This document shows, piece after piece, positions 17,893 through 27,419 of a stretch of DNA of 64,000 bases. Position 1 is the first letter of the stretch; each line of letters opens with the position of its first letter. The translations under genes and the position numbers were made by a program. The notes under the pieces were generated by a model. That model was not told the DNA's origin, searched no databases, and saw only the letters and a list, made by a program, of their open reading frames with translations. The stretch comes from Turicibacter sp. (lineage in GTDB: Bacteria; Bacillota_I; Bacilli_A; MOL361; Turicibacteraceae). The stretch is from contig WRAJ01000002.1 in NCBI GenBank assembly GCA_009780245.1, forward strand, positions 50,988-114,987, given 5' to 3'.

Positions 17893-18705
17893 CTAGTTGT
17901 AATTAACTGCCATCAAACACAATCCCCTAGCTGGTGCTGATGCCAAATTATCTGGCTTACTCTGCGCTTCTAACAATTGCCTTACGTAAGTTACCTCTTG
18001 CTTTCCTATCCCGACATCTACAAGAGCTTTTACGATCAACCTCACCATGTTGTAAAGAAATCCATCGGCATTGATCCGAATCACTACTTTGTCAGCTTCC
18101 TCATGAATCTCCACAAAGTGAATCGTCCGAACACTTGTATCCGTCGTTGCTTTCGCTGATTTAAACGTGCTGAAATCATGCTTACCGATTAAGCACCTGC
18201 TGGCTTCGTGCATGTTTTGAATGTTTAGCTTTTGATTAATGTACCAGGAATAATGGTTCAGCCGGGGATCGATCGCAGAATGAATCCTGTATTCATACGT
18301 CTTATCCACGACTTCATAACGACAATGAAAATCTCGATGGACTTGTTTTAAATCGACGATCACAATGTCGTGGGGGAGGAGCTCGTTTAATTGCGCCCTT
18401 GCTTTTTCGACGGCAATTTTCACGGGTTGTTCAAACATTACCATTTGATTTAACGCGTGTACTTTGGCATCGGTTCTTGAGCTTTCTGTTGTTTTGATGT
18501 TGTCGCCGAAATGCTTTTTTAGTGTGTCTTCTAGCACGTTTTGGATTGTGTTGCGATGTTTCTGTTTCGCATAGCCGCCATAATCTGAACCGTCGTATGC
18601 CAGTGTGATGAGGTATTTGAATGGTTCTTTTGGCTTGGGTTTGTTTTGGCGAATGGCTCTTTTTGCTTCCAATGATTTTTGACGTTTTTGTTTGGCTACT
18701 TTCAT
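17893..18705 (-). CDS. truA: tRNA pseudouridine(38-40) synthase TruA with a Lys-rich N-terminal extension
   Basis: LITLAYDGSDYGGYAKQ and SRTDAKVHALNQ catalytic motif. About 28 extra basic residues at the N-terminus. Confidence 0.8.
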   Translation of the reverse strand: MKVAKQKRQKSLEAKRAIRQNKPKPKEPFKYLITLAYDGSDYGGYAKQKHRNTIQNVLEDTLKKHFGDNIKTTESSRTDAKVHALNQMVMFEQPVKIAVEKARAQLNELLPHDIVIVDLKQVHRDFHCRYEVVDKTYEYRIHSAIDPRLNHYSWYINQKLNIQNMHEASRCLIGKHDFSTFKSAKATTDTSVRTIHFVEIHEEADKVVIRINADGFLYNMVRLIVKALVDVGIGKQEVTYVRQLLEAQSKPDNLASAPARGLCLMAVNYN

Positions 18706-18947
18706 TTTGATCTTCCTTTTTATCGCGTTTCATCTTTCATTCTATCACATTTTCGAATTTTTTAAAAGGAAGTTCCGGTCGTTTTATGGTTCTGGGTCCG
18801 GTTCTGGAGCTGGTGTTGCGACACTTAAGGCGGCAGGTGATCAGCTGTTGAGCTTTGAATGATAGGCAAAGGCAGTGACCAACTGGTGAATTCTGAATAA
18901 AATAGCCGTGATAAAAAATATGATACGACTAAAACGGAGGTTATCTT

Positions 18948-21900
18948 ATGCCAGCTACTATTCCTTTAACTTGTAATGCTACTTTCATTCAGTTTGTTGG
19001 TCAGCCGACCGAGTGGGTTAACATTAATCTTGTGACGGGAAAGCCAGTTTCACAAGGTTTTCTCAATCCAGCTGATTATGTTAACGCAATTGGTTACAAC
19101 ATTCTTGACAATTTTTTATACGGCTATGATTTGACAGTGAATCAAATTGTCCGCATTGATGCAGGCGGTAATCTGACGATGCTTGGACTTCCAACTGGGT
19201 TAACAGCAACGACAAATGGTTATAACACGGGTTGTTTTGATGATAGAGGTTATTTTTATCTTTATTTTTCTCAAATAGCGAGAATGTACGTGGTTGATTT
19301 GCGACCAGGCTCTGCCAGTTACATGCGACTTGTTGATCCAACAAACGGTTATGCTGTGCAGACTTCCTCGTATGGCGTTGCCCTTGTTAACGGCACACCG
19401 AATATTGCCGACTGGGTTTGGCTACCATCAACGGCAACAACGGGTAGTAACACCAATGGTTTTCTGTATGGCATTGTTAATGGTGGCGCGATGGCACGGG
19501 TTAATATTGATAACGCCCATGTCATCAATATGACAACTACCGGTCCAGCTTATGCGAGTTCTTACGGGGCAATGTCGGTGGATGTGGATTTAAACGTTTA
19601 CGCAGTTGCGAATGAAAATGGCAATGTGTATCGCTATACGATTAACGGTACCACCGCAACAGGGCTGTATTTTTCTAACACTTATTTTGATTCACACAAC
19701 GACGGGGCAATGTGCCGCATCGCGAAAGTTTTAGTTGATTTCGGTGATGCGCCTGATACGGGTATCGGCAATGGTGCTGGTAATTACAGTACCCTTCTTG
19801 CAAAAAATGGACCACGCCATCAGGTCATCGATGGGTTAATGCTCGGAACAACAATCACCGCTGAAGACGATGCTTATCAAAACACAACCGCAACTGGTGA
19901 TGATTTATTACAAGGCATTCAAGATGATGGACTCGCAACACCGTTGCCAATTCTTTCACCGAGTGCTACTTCTTACCAATTGAATGTCACAGCAACAAAT
20001 AACTTAGCAGCACCAGCAAATCTATACGCCTGGGTTGATTTTAACCAAAACGGCTTGTTTGAAGTCACAGAATCGACGGTTATTACCGTGCCAGCAAATA
20101 GTGGGACAGCGACTTATCCGCTGGATTTTACAGTCCCAAGCGGGACTAAACTCACCGCCGGTAATACTTTCGTACGCCTTCGTTTAACAACGGACACGTT
20201 AACTCAAGCTTCTGATAGTCTCGGACAAGATAACGCCAGCCTTGGACCAGCAGGCGACGGTGAAGTTGAAGACTACCTGTTGCAAATTAGCCCACTTGCT
20301 GATCTGCAAGTGACTAAAATAGCGGACGTCGATGCGATTCAAGTTGCCGATGAAATCACCTATACCATTACCATCACCAACAACGGTCCCGACACTGCTA
20401 CTAGCCCATTGCTAGTTGATGCCATCCCAGCCGAACTTAAAAGTCCGACCTACTCCATTGATAATGGCATCACTTGGCAAGATGTTCAACTCGGCTCAAT
20501 GACCCTACCTGATTTGACCGTTGGCAGTAGTTTTAACGTTTTAGTAAAAGGAATCGTTGTTAAATCAGCCACCGGTCAAATCGAGAACATCGCCACGGTT
20601 ACCGCAACGACACCCGATCCGGACATGAGCAATAACACGGCAACCGTCACAACAACCATTACCCCAACCGCGGACGTTGGCATCGTTAAAATCAACACGC
20701 CACCAAACGTTGCACCTGGCGATACGCTCACCTACAATCTCATTATTAGCAACGCCGGGCCAGTGGATGCGACTAATACCACAATCACTGATGTCGAAAC
20801 CAAAGCCCTGCTCAATCCTGAATTTTCATTCGACGGTTTCACTTGGAGTCCTTGGTCCGGCAACATCAATTACGGGACACTAGTAGCAGGAACTAGTACG
20901 ACCGTTTATCTGCGTGGAACAGTCGATGCAACAGGCGCTTCTTCTTTGATTAACGTTGCCAGCATTACCAGCGACATTCTTGATCCGAATCCCGATAATA
21001 ACACGTCATCAGCAACCACCACGATTACGGATGTGCCAATACCCACTGAAGCCGATCTTGACATTGAGAAAAGCTTAATCGTTCCGGATCTAGTTCCCGG
21101 CACGAACGCTAGTTACCAATTGGTCGTAACAAATCATGGCCCCTCAGCAGCTGAAAACATTGTCTTGATTGATCCCTTACCAAATGGTTTTGTTAGTCCG
21201 CAGTATTCAATTGATAATGGCACCACTTGGCAAGCTTGGACTGGAAGCCTCTCGCTCGACACAATGGCGGCGGACGAGGTGAAAACGGTGCTAATCGACG
21301 CTCTCCTATCACCAGCCACGCTGGATGCCATCACCAACACGGCGACGGTTTACGCCTCAACCCCAGATCCCGACATGACCAACAACACTTCCACCACCGA
21401 AACGGCCATCGACCGCCAAGCAACCATCAACATTACCAAAACCGCCAGCCCGAACCCAGTGAACGTCGGTAACGATTTAACTTACACCGTCTACGTTCAA
21501 AACGAAGGACCATCTTACGCACAACATGTCGTTGTCAAAGATGTCGTTCCAACCGCTGTAACAAACCCTGTTTTTTCAACCGATGGCATTAGTTGGTCAC
21601 CTTGGACCGGGGCATATACAATCGATAGCCTACCCTCTGGCGGCGCCCGCACCCTGTTAATCCGTGGGACAGTCTCAAGCAGCGATGATGAAGTTTTGAC
21701 TAATAGTGCTAGCGTTACCAGTGACATTACACCAGAAACACGTGCAACAACTGATACGCGGGTGAGGAATCAAGCAGACCTCGGAATTGTAAAATGGACA
21801 ACTACGAATAGCGTTGTCGTGGGTGATACACTTGCTTTCACCTTAACCGTCACGAATAATGGCCCTTCGCCAGCAACCGATGTGCTAGTCACCGATCCTG

Positions 21901-22910
21901 TACCATCAGGGCTCGCTGATGTCACGTATTCGCTTGATCAGCTTGATTGGCAACCATGGGACGGATCGTATTTACTTGGTACGCTTAATAATGGCGATGT
22001 TGCTGTGGTTTATCTACGTGGTGTCGTAAAGGCAGCAGCTGCGAATCAACTGATTAACACTGCGGTTGTGACTTCATCTACCGATGATCCGAATTTAAAC
22101 AACAACTCGAATAGCTTTGAAGTCAATGTTCAACAATCGGCTGATTTAGCCATTACAAAAATTGCTGATAAAGCGACACTTGCGAGTGGCGATACCGTGA
22201 CCTATACCTTAGCAGTAACCAATAACGGTCCAAGTGACGTTGCAACTGCGACCTTAGCCGATGAAATCCCAATCGGTTTAACCGCCGTCGAATTCAGCAC
22301 GAACGGAACCGATTGGCAGCCGTGGGTGAGCCCGTATCAGATCACTGCCCTTGCAAGTGGCGAAACGACCAGCATCCAAATCCGTGGCACTGTCACGAGT
22401 GATGCAATCAACTTTATCAGTAACCTTGCGACGATCAGCAGTAGCATTCCCGATCCGAACCCAACCAATAATACCGCCGTCAACACCGTCCCAGTTCCAA
22501 TAGTATGTCCGGAGTGTCCTGACCCGCCAACGCCAGACCCTACGGGTGCCGATTTATCCATTACCAAAACAACTAATAAGTCACACGCCCATCGCTGTAA
22601 ACACATCCAGTACATCATTGCCGTTACCAACAACGGACCAGAAATTGCGGATGCAGTTGTTTTAATCGATGAAGTGACTGATTTACTAAAGCCAATGTAT
22701 TCCATTAACCGCGGTCGTTCATGGTTACCGTGGCAAGATAAACTCGCCCTCGGTGACATGCCTGCAAATCAAATAAAAATCATCCATATTGCCGGGAAAA
22801 TTTCAAATTGGGCCGAATGTCCCTTAACGAACACCGCGACCGTTTATAGCCAAACGACTGACCCAAATCCTATTAATAATTCGGCAACCGTGAAAACTAG
22901 GTTGTGTTGA
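18948..22910 (+). CDS. 1320-aa leaderless protein: about 260-aa N-terminal domain of unknown function, GEVED domain, about 7 DUF11 repeats
   Basis: Strong RBS (ACGGAGG). MPATIPLTCNATFIQF has no signal peptide. DFGDAPD...GDGEVEDY (GEVED domain). Repeats of the type L.ITK.A......GD..TYT..V.NNGPS.A.......P.GL....S.DG..W..W. CPECPDPPTPDP linker before the last repeat. Confidence 0.85.
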   Translation: MPATIPLTCNATFIQFVGQPTEWVNINLVTGKPVSQGFLNPADYVNAIGYNILDNFLYGYDLTVNQIVRIDAGGNLTMLGLPTGLTATTNGYNTGCFDDRGYFYLYFSQIARMYVVDLRPGSASYMRLVDPTNGYAVQTSSYGVALVNGTPNIADWVWLPSTATTGSNTNGFLYGIVNGGAMARVNIDNAHVINMTTTGPAYASSYGAMSVDVDLNVYAVANENGNVYRYTINGTTATGLYFSNTYFDSHNDGAMCRIAKVLVDFGDAPDTGIGNGAGNYSTLLAKNGPRHQVIDGLMLGTTITAEDDAYQNTTATGDDLLQGIQDDGLATPLPILSPSATSYQLNVTATNNLAAPANLYAWVDFNQNGLFEVTESTVITVPANSGTATYPLDFTVPSGTKLTAGNTFVRLRLTTDTLTQASDSLGQDNASLGPAGDGEVEDYLLQISPLADLQVTKIADVDAIQVADEITYTITITNNGPDTATSPLLVDAIPAELKSPTYSIDNGITWQDVQLGSMTLPDLTVGSSFNVLVKGIVVKSATGQIENIATVTATTPDPDMSNNTATVTTTITPTADVGIVKINTPPNVAPGDTLTYNLIISNAGPVDATNTTITDVETKALLNPEFSFDGFTWSPWSGNINYGTLVAGTSTTVYLRGTVDATGASSLINVASITSDILDPNPDNNTSSATTTITDVPIPTEADLDIEKSLIVPDLVPGTNASYQLVVTNHGPSAAENIVLIDPLPNGFVSPQYSIDNGTTWQAWTGSLSLDTMAADEVKTVLIDALLSPATLDAITNTATVYASTPDPDMTNNTSTTETAIDRQATINITKTASPNPVNVGNDLTYTVYVQNEGPSYAQHVVVKDVVPTAVTNPVFSTDGISWSPWTGAYTIDSLPSGGARTLLIRGTVSSSDDEVLTNSASVTSDITPETRATTDTRVRNQADLGIVKWTTTNSVVVGDTLAFTLTVTNNGPSPATDVLVTDPVPSGLADVTYSLDQLDWQPWDGSYLLGTLNNGDVAVVYLRGVVKAAAANQLINTAVVTSSTDDPNLNNNSNSFEVNVQQSADLAITKIADKATLASGDTVTYTLAVTNNGPSDVATATLADEIPIGLTAVEFSTNGTDWQPWVSPYQITALASGETTSIQIRGTVTSDAINFISNLATISSSIPDPNPTNNTAVNTVPVPIVCPECPDPPTPDPTGADLSITKTTNKSHAHRCKHIQYIIAVTNNGPEIADAVVLIDEVTDLLKPMYSINRGRSWLPWQDKLALGDMPANQIKIIHIAGKISNWAECPLTNTATVYSQTTDPNPINNSATVKTRLC

Positions 22911-23116
22911 TAAAATAAAATGGACTTCTAGAGAGCGTCATTTCGAAATATTGGCAGTTTGCCAGTTTTTCTTCTGTCACTCTAATAGGTCCATTTTTAT
23001 ATACTTTGTTTTGAATCACACGCCCGTTACCAATTGGAGCGCCTTAATTGTTAATCATCAACCACGTAAATTCCTGGCGTTTAAAGTCAGCGACGATGTG
23101 ATCATTTATCGTCCTA

Positions 23117-23779
23117 CTAGCGCATTAAAAACACGGCAATGGCAATCGAATGTAAGATGGATGCGACGTTGACGAACAGGTGAAACACGCCGTGCATGTA
23201 TTTTTTGCGTCTGCCCCATACGTAAAACAAAACACCTATTGTATAAACAATCCCACCAGCTAAGATTAAGGCGAAAAAAGTTGAGCCGTGGACGTTGAGC
23301 AGCTGGTTAATTCTAAAAACAGCGATCCAGCCCATACCGACGTAGCAAACTAATGAGAAGGTCAGGAATTTCTTTAAGTCAATGGCGTTCAGCGTAATAC
23401 CTAAAATAGCGAGTCCCCAAATAATCGCGAGCATCGACCACGCTTCTGTCGGGTATGCTTCTCGAAAGCCAATGAGTAAAACGGGCGTATAGGTGCCTGC
23501 AATGAGAATAAAAATGGTGCAATGGTCAAGCACTCGGAAGACCTTTTTGGCCGTGCCCACTCTCAATCCGTGATAAATGCTAGACATGGTAAACAATAAG
23601 ATGACGGAGAAACCGTAAATAAAAGCACTCACGACCCCCCAGATGTTTTGGGCAAAAGCTGCCATTGTCACACAGACTAACAGCGCGACTAAGCCCAAAG
23701 CGCCTCCGACAATGTGTGTGATCATATTAAAAAGTTCTTCGCCTTTTGTGTAACGTGGTTTTTCTACTGTGTTCGTCAT
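23117..23779 (-). CDS. Hemolysin III / PAQR family membrane protein
   Basis: 220 aa, 7 TM. Motifs NMITHIVG, SSIYHG, LDHCTIF, HGVFHLFV. Confidence 0.85.
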   Translation of the reverse strand: MTNTVEKPRYTKGEELFNMITHIVGGALGLVALLVCVTMAAFAQNIWGVVSAFIYGFSVILLFTMSSIYHGLRVGTAKKVFRVLDHCTIFILIAGTYTPVLLIGFREAYPTEAWSMLAIIWGLAILGITLNAIDLKKFLTFSLVCYVGMGWIAVFRINQLLNVHGSTFFALILAGGIVYTIGVLFYVWGRRKKYMHGVFHLFVNVASILHSIAIAVFLMR

Positions 23780-23794
23780 GTTTTACCCTCCTGC

Positions 23795-24328
23795 TTATTC
23801 GCTTTTTTGAAACCCGTTAAACCAGGCGCGTTCTGCAAACGGCTTCTTCTCTGGGAATTTCACTGGCTTTTCTGCGATGCCAATTGGTGAATAGCTGATT
23901 AAGTTATAATCGGCTGGCACACCTAAAATGTCGGCCATTTGCTTGCCTTGGTCGTCATCGTCTTTCACGGTGCCCTCGTACCAGCAGCTCTCATAGCCAA
24001 GTGACACGGCTGCAACGAGAATGTTTTGAATCGCTGCCGAGTAGTCTTGCACGTTGAAATGCCTCCCTTTGTATGCCGGGATTTTTTGCGTCAGGATACA
24101 AATAATGGCTGGTGCTGGTTGGTACTTAAGCGGTCCTGTTACTTCAGCAAGGCGTGCTAAGATTTCAGGATCATCAACGGCGATTAAACTAACCGTTTGT
24201 TTATTACTTCCCGATGGTGCTGCAAGTCCTGCTTCCATGATTTTCACTAAATCCCCGCGTGGAACCGGTGTGTCTTTGTAGCTGCTGCGATAACTGGTTC
24301 GGTTGATCATTGCTTCAATGGCGTTCAT
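23795..24328 (-). CDS. Nitroreductase family protein
   Basis: MNAIEAMINRTSYRSSY... Start moved to the ATG preceded by GAGGAGG. Confidence 0.8.
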   Translation of the reverse strand: MNAIEAMINRTSYRSSYKDTPVPRGDLVKIMEAGLAAPSGSNKQTVSLIAVDDPEILARLAEVTGPLKYQPAPAIICILTQKIPAYKGRHFNVQDYSAAIQNILVAAVSLGYESCWYEGTVKDDDDQGKQMADILGVPADYNLISYSPIGIAEKPVKFPEKKPFAERAWFNGFQKSE

Positions 24329-24498
24329 ACATTTAGCCTCCTCTAGTGTTTTAAGATTTGCAATAATTATACCGTACTTCCTCGGACAATACAACGATTT
24401 TAAATGGATTGCCATGAAAAATGCGACCTGATATCTCTTGTAATTTCAACACAAAAAGGTTATATTAAACAGATAGGTTTTGGTTGGAGGAGATTTAC

Positions 24499-25182
24499 AT
24501 GATTTCGCCGGTTGTTAATGCACTAGCTGTTGTTATGGGGAGTTTAATTGGATTAGGGTTAAAAAAAGGAATCCCAGAGCGTCTCACAGATTCGACGATG
24601 AAAGCTTTGGGACTTTGTACCATCTTTATTGGTATTCGCGGTATACTAGTAGGTGAAAACACGTTAGTACTGATCATTTCCATGGTTTTGGGTGTGCTTA
24701 TCGGAGAAAGTCTGGATTTGGATTTGCGTATTTCTCGCTTAGGTGAGTGGGTAGAACGTAAATTTAAAAAAGAAGATGGCGAAAACCTTGGCATTGCTGA
24801 AGGTTTTGTAACGGCAACCCTCCTGTTTTGTGTGGGCGCCATGGCCATTGTTGGTTCTTTGCAGAGTGGTTTAACAGGCGATCATGAAACGATTTTCACG
24901 AAATCAGTCCTCGACTTCGTCGCTGCCATTGTGTTTGCTTCAACGAAAGGTGTTGGTGTGATCTTCTCTGCTGTTGCGATTTTACTTTACCAAGGCAGTA
25001 TCGTGATCTTGGCCAGTTGGGTTTCCCCTTTTTTAACCACGGTGGTCATTCAAGAAATGACGGCCATTGGCTCGCTGATCATCTTTGCATTAGGGTTGAA
25101 CATGTTGGGTATCACTAAAATCAAAGTGATGAACTTAGTACCTGCGATTTTTCTCCCGATTTTGCTGCTGTTATTTTTATAA
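24499..25182 (+). CDS. DUF554 family membrane protein (YdfK/YqgA-like)
   Basis: MISPVVNALAVVMGSLIGLGLKKGIPERL..., a typical DUF554 N-terminus. GGAGGAG RBS upstream. Confidence 0.8.
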   Translation: MISPVVNALAVVMGSLIGLGLKKGIPERLTDSTMKALGLCTIFIGIRGILVGENTLVLIISMVLGVLIGESLDLDLRISRLGEWVERKFKKEDGENLGIAEGFVTATLLFCVGAMAIVGSLQSGLTGDHETIFTKSVLDFVAAIVFASTKGVGVIFSAVAILLYQGSIVILASWVSPFLTTVVIQEMTAIGSLIIFALGLNMLGITKIKVMNLVPAIFLPILLLLFL

Positions 25183-25186
25183 ATTT

Positions 25187-25231
25187 AAAAGTATCCCATA
25201 GCACTCTGATTTCGTGACTATGGGATACTTT
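25187..25231. terminator. Bidirectional hairpin terminator
   Basis: AAAAGTATCCCATAG-16 nt-CTATGGGATACTTTT, a 15-bp stem. Confidence 0.7.
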
Positions 25232-25371
25232 TATGGATTTATCGTTTCAGGTGTTACTCGTTCCGTCGGTTCGTGATCATCGGGGTGACCTCGCCACGGC
25301 TTTTCTTGCTGCTCGTTCGCTTTGGACGGTACATCGCGCTCAACTTTTTGCTTCATTTTATTCTTATCCAT
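25231..25371 (-). CDS. Possible small hydrophilic protein (46 aa)
   Basis: Hand translation: MDKNKMKQKVERDVPSKANEQQEKPWRGHPDDHEPTERVTPETINP. Weak RBS. Stop abuts the terminator hairpin. No recognisable family. Confidence 0.25.
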   Translation of the reverse strand: MDKNKMKQKVERDVPSKANEQQEKPWRGHPDDHEPTERVTPETINP

Positions 25372-25429
25372 CTGCCACACTCACTTTCTAAAACGTTCTT
25401 TCCTGTTAGTATGAGCAATTAAAAATAAA

Positions 25430-25744
25430 TTAAGCGCCCCATTGATAATTCTTTAAATCCACGTGCCCGTTTTCCTTAAATGCAACCCCTTCTTCTTTCA
25501 ACAGTGCCTCTTGCGCATCAAATCCTGGTGCTAATCGTCCCGAACTATTGACAACCCGATAGCACGGATAACCGTCTGCGTAAAGCCCAGAAATCTGTAG
25601 GGCCTTCCCAACCAGGCGCGCATTTCTTTCCTTTCCAATCAACGTCGCAATTTGACCATAAGTGGCCACTTTGCCGTAAGGAATTTCTGCGATTGCTTCT
25701 AAGACAGCGAATAAAAAATCTTCGTCTAACTTTGCCATCTTCAC
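25430..25744 (-). CDS. MGMT-family protein (O6-alkylguanine transferase DNA-binding domain only, Cys retained: PCYRVV)
   Basis: 104 aa. YGQIA...PCYRVV motif. Start overlaps the stop of the upstream nitroreductase gene. Confidence 0.75.
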   Translation of the reverse strand: MKMAKLDEDFLFAVLEAIAEIPYGKVATYGQIATLIGKERNARLVGKALQISGLYADGYPCYRVVNSSGRLAPGFDAQEALLKEEGVAFKENGHVDLKNYQWGA

Positions 25745-26511
25745 GCCCCCTCCCGAGGCTCAAACTCGCCGCCACTCCCCCACTGCCACGCACCCCCACC
25801 AGCAGCAAGTTCAAAGTGCAGCTTAGCAATCCCTAAATCAAAGGCCGCTAAATATTTCGTTCTAACCGAGGCGCGAACACGACCGGCTTCATAAGTAAAC
25901 ATCACCGGTTGTTTATTCATCGCCGACGGTGCTTTCACGACGGCAGCCATGCCTTGCAAAAACCAAGCCGGTACTGACGATGCATCATTGGTAAACATAT
26001 CTTCCGCCAATTTTGTCTTCCGGTGTGTCAGTTTATAAATAAACTTCTCCTTAGAACTAGGCGCATCTGCTACGTTTCCCACGGTGATTAAACAAGCAAG
26101 CCGTTCGTTACCCGTCAAATCAAACGGTATTTTGGACTTGCTAAACGTTCCACCAATCCAACACGTTCCTAGCCCCATCGCCGTCGCATGTAACACCAAC
26201 AGCTCCCCGTAATAGCCAATTTTCTCATCGGCATGCGGATCATCAACGTCCGCAATAAAACCAAAATAGTGCTGCACACCTGTTAACATGCCATAACTAC
26301 GTGTGAACCCTTTAAAGGCTTCGCCGTTATTCATTACCAGCTCTACCCGAAAGCCACCGATTTGATGATACTCAGCCATCAGTTTTTGCAAATTTTCAAT
26401 GTGCTCGACCGCCAACGCTGTTTCCAGATACTTGCGCCGAGACGTTCTGATATCAATCGCCTCTAGTAAAGTCATGATTTTTTCGCTCCTTTCATATCTA
26501 CTTGTAATCAC
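25741..26511 (-). CDS. Nitroreductase family protein
   Basis: 256 aa. IRTSRRKY...GLGTCWIGGTF motifs. Confidence 0.7.
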   Translation of the reverse strand: MITSRYERSEKIMTLLEAIDIRTSRRKYLETALAVEHIENLQKLMAEYHQIGGFRVELVMNNGEAFKGFTRSYGMLTGVQHYFGFIADVDDPHADEKIGYYGELLVLHATAMGLGTCWIGGTFSKSKIPFDLTGNERLACLITVGNVADAPSSKEKFIYKLTHRKTKLAEDMFTNDASSVPAWFLQGMAAVVKAPSAMNKQPVMFTYEAGRVRASVRTKYLAAFDLGIAKLHFELAAGGGAWQWGSGGEFEPREGA

Positions 26512-26565
26512 TCTTGAAAACTGTCGCTTTTCATTCTAAATTCAAGTTTAGCGACACTTTTATCA

Positions 26566-27309
26566 TCATCGCACGTGACGTTGAGGCCTTCGGTTTGCTC
26601 TACGTGCGGCGCCTCTGCTGCGTGTCGCATCTTTCCATGTTTTCCACGGAATTCTTTTCTTATTAATTTCATCGGTGATTTCATCGCTGCGCCCCATAAT
26701 GTTCTCATGAATCAAAAACATCCGGTGATCCAGTTCCGCAATTTTATCCGCGCAAATCACGAGCTCATCGCTTAAGTGTTGTGGCACATCACTTTCGTAT
26801 TTGTAACGGGCTTCGTGTTCTAGCGTGGCCCAGAAATTCATCGCTTCGGTACGGATTTGCACTTCGATGATCACGTCTTTGATTTTACCAGAATGAAACA
26901 CCGGCACCTCAATGATTAAATGATAGCTTCTGTAACCACTCGTCTTGGGCCTGCTCACATAATCACGTTCTTCTCTAATCTTAACCCCCGGCATTGACTT
27001 GAGCAAATCAATCATCTGGTAAATGTCTTTCGCGAAGGGGCAAATGATGCGAACACCCGCGATATCCACAATATGATTTCTGGCGTTTTCTGCTGTGATT
27101 GCAAGGCCAAGGCGATGTAGTTTTTCAGCAATGCTTTCCGGTGCTTTAATCCGCCCGCGGATGTGATCAATGGGATTGTCTTCTTGGAAGTTTTCAAAAT
27201 CTTCGTGCACAATGGCCAGCTTTGTTAAAAGGGTGCGGTGTCCCCACTCGTAAATCAATAATAATTCCTTTAACTTTGCAAACTCTTCGGTACTAAAACG
27301 AATCGACAT
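26566..27309 (-). CDS. Small alarmone synthetase (RelQ/RelP, YjbM/YwaC-like GTP pyrophosphokinase)
   Basis: RelA/SpoT synthetase motifs DIAGVRIICPF, SGYRSYHLI, EVQIRT..MNFWATLEH. Confidence 0.85.
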   Translation of the reverse strand: MSIRFSTEEFAKLKELLLIYEWGHRTLLTKLAIVHEDFENFQEDNPIDHIRGRIKAPESIAEKLHRLGLAITAENARNHIVDIAGVRIICPFAKDIYQMIDLLKSMPGVKIREERDYVSRPKTSGYRSYHLIIEVPVFHSGKIKDVIIEVQIRTEAMNFWATLEHEARYKYESDVPQHLSDELVICADKIAELDHRMFLIHENIMGRSDEITDEINKKRIPWKTWKDATRSRGAARRANRRPQRHVR

Positions 27310-27370
27310 GGCTTTTGTCCTCCTATAAAAACACTCCTTCTATTATATCATTTATTTTGATTCCGTCCAC

Positions 27371-27400
27371 AAAAAAAGTGCTAGACAAGCTAACACTTTT
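27371..27400 (-). terminator. Intrinsic terminator after the S8 protease gene
   Basis: Minus-strand read: AAAGTGTTAG-cttgt-CTAGCACTTT followed by a T-run. Confidence 0.6.
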
Positions 27401-27419
27401 AGTTAATTTTTAAGTTGTC

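Noticed and set aside
18431-18733. 100-aa ORF overlapping the truA 5-prime region in another frame
   Set aside because: It lies entirely within or overlapping the truA frame, which carries the conserved pseudouridine synthase motifs. Its basic low-complexity sequence is typical of an out-of-frame artefact.
22930-23116. Possible gene remnant on the minus strand (…INDHIVADFKRQEFTWLMINN*GAPIGNGRVIQNKVYKNGPIRVTEEKLANCQYFEMTL…)
   Set aside because: No start codon or RBS, an in-frame stop, and no recognisable family. It could be a decayed gene, but the evidence is too thin to annotate.
25545-25829. 94-aa ORF overlapping the MGMT/nitroreductase junction, and a 66-aa ORF at 26508..26708
   Set aside because: These are alternative frames of well-supported genes, with no RBS and no motifs.
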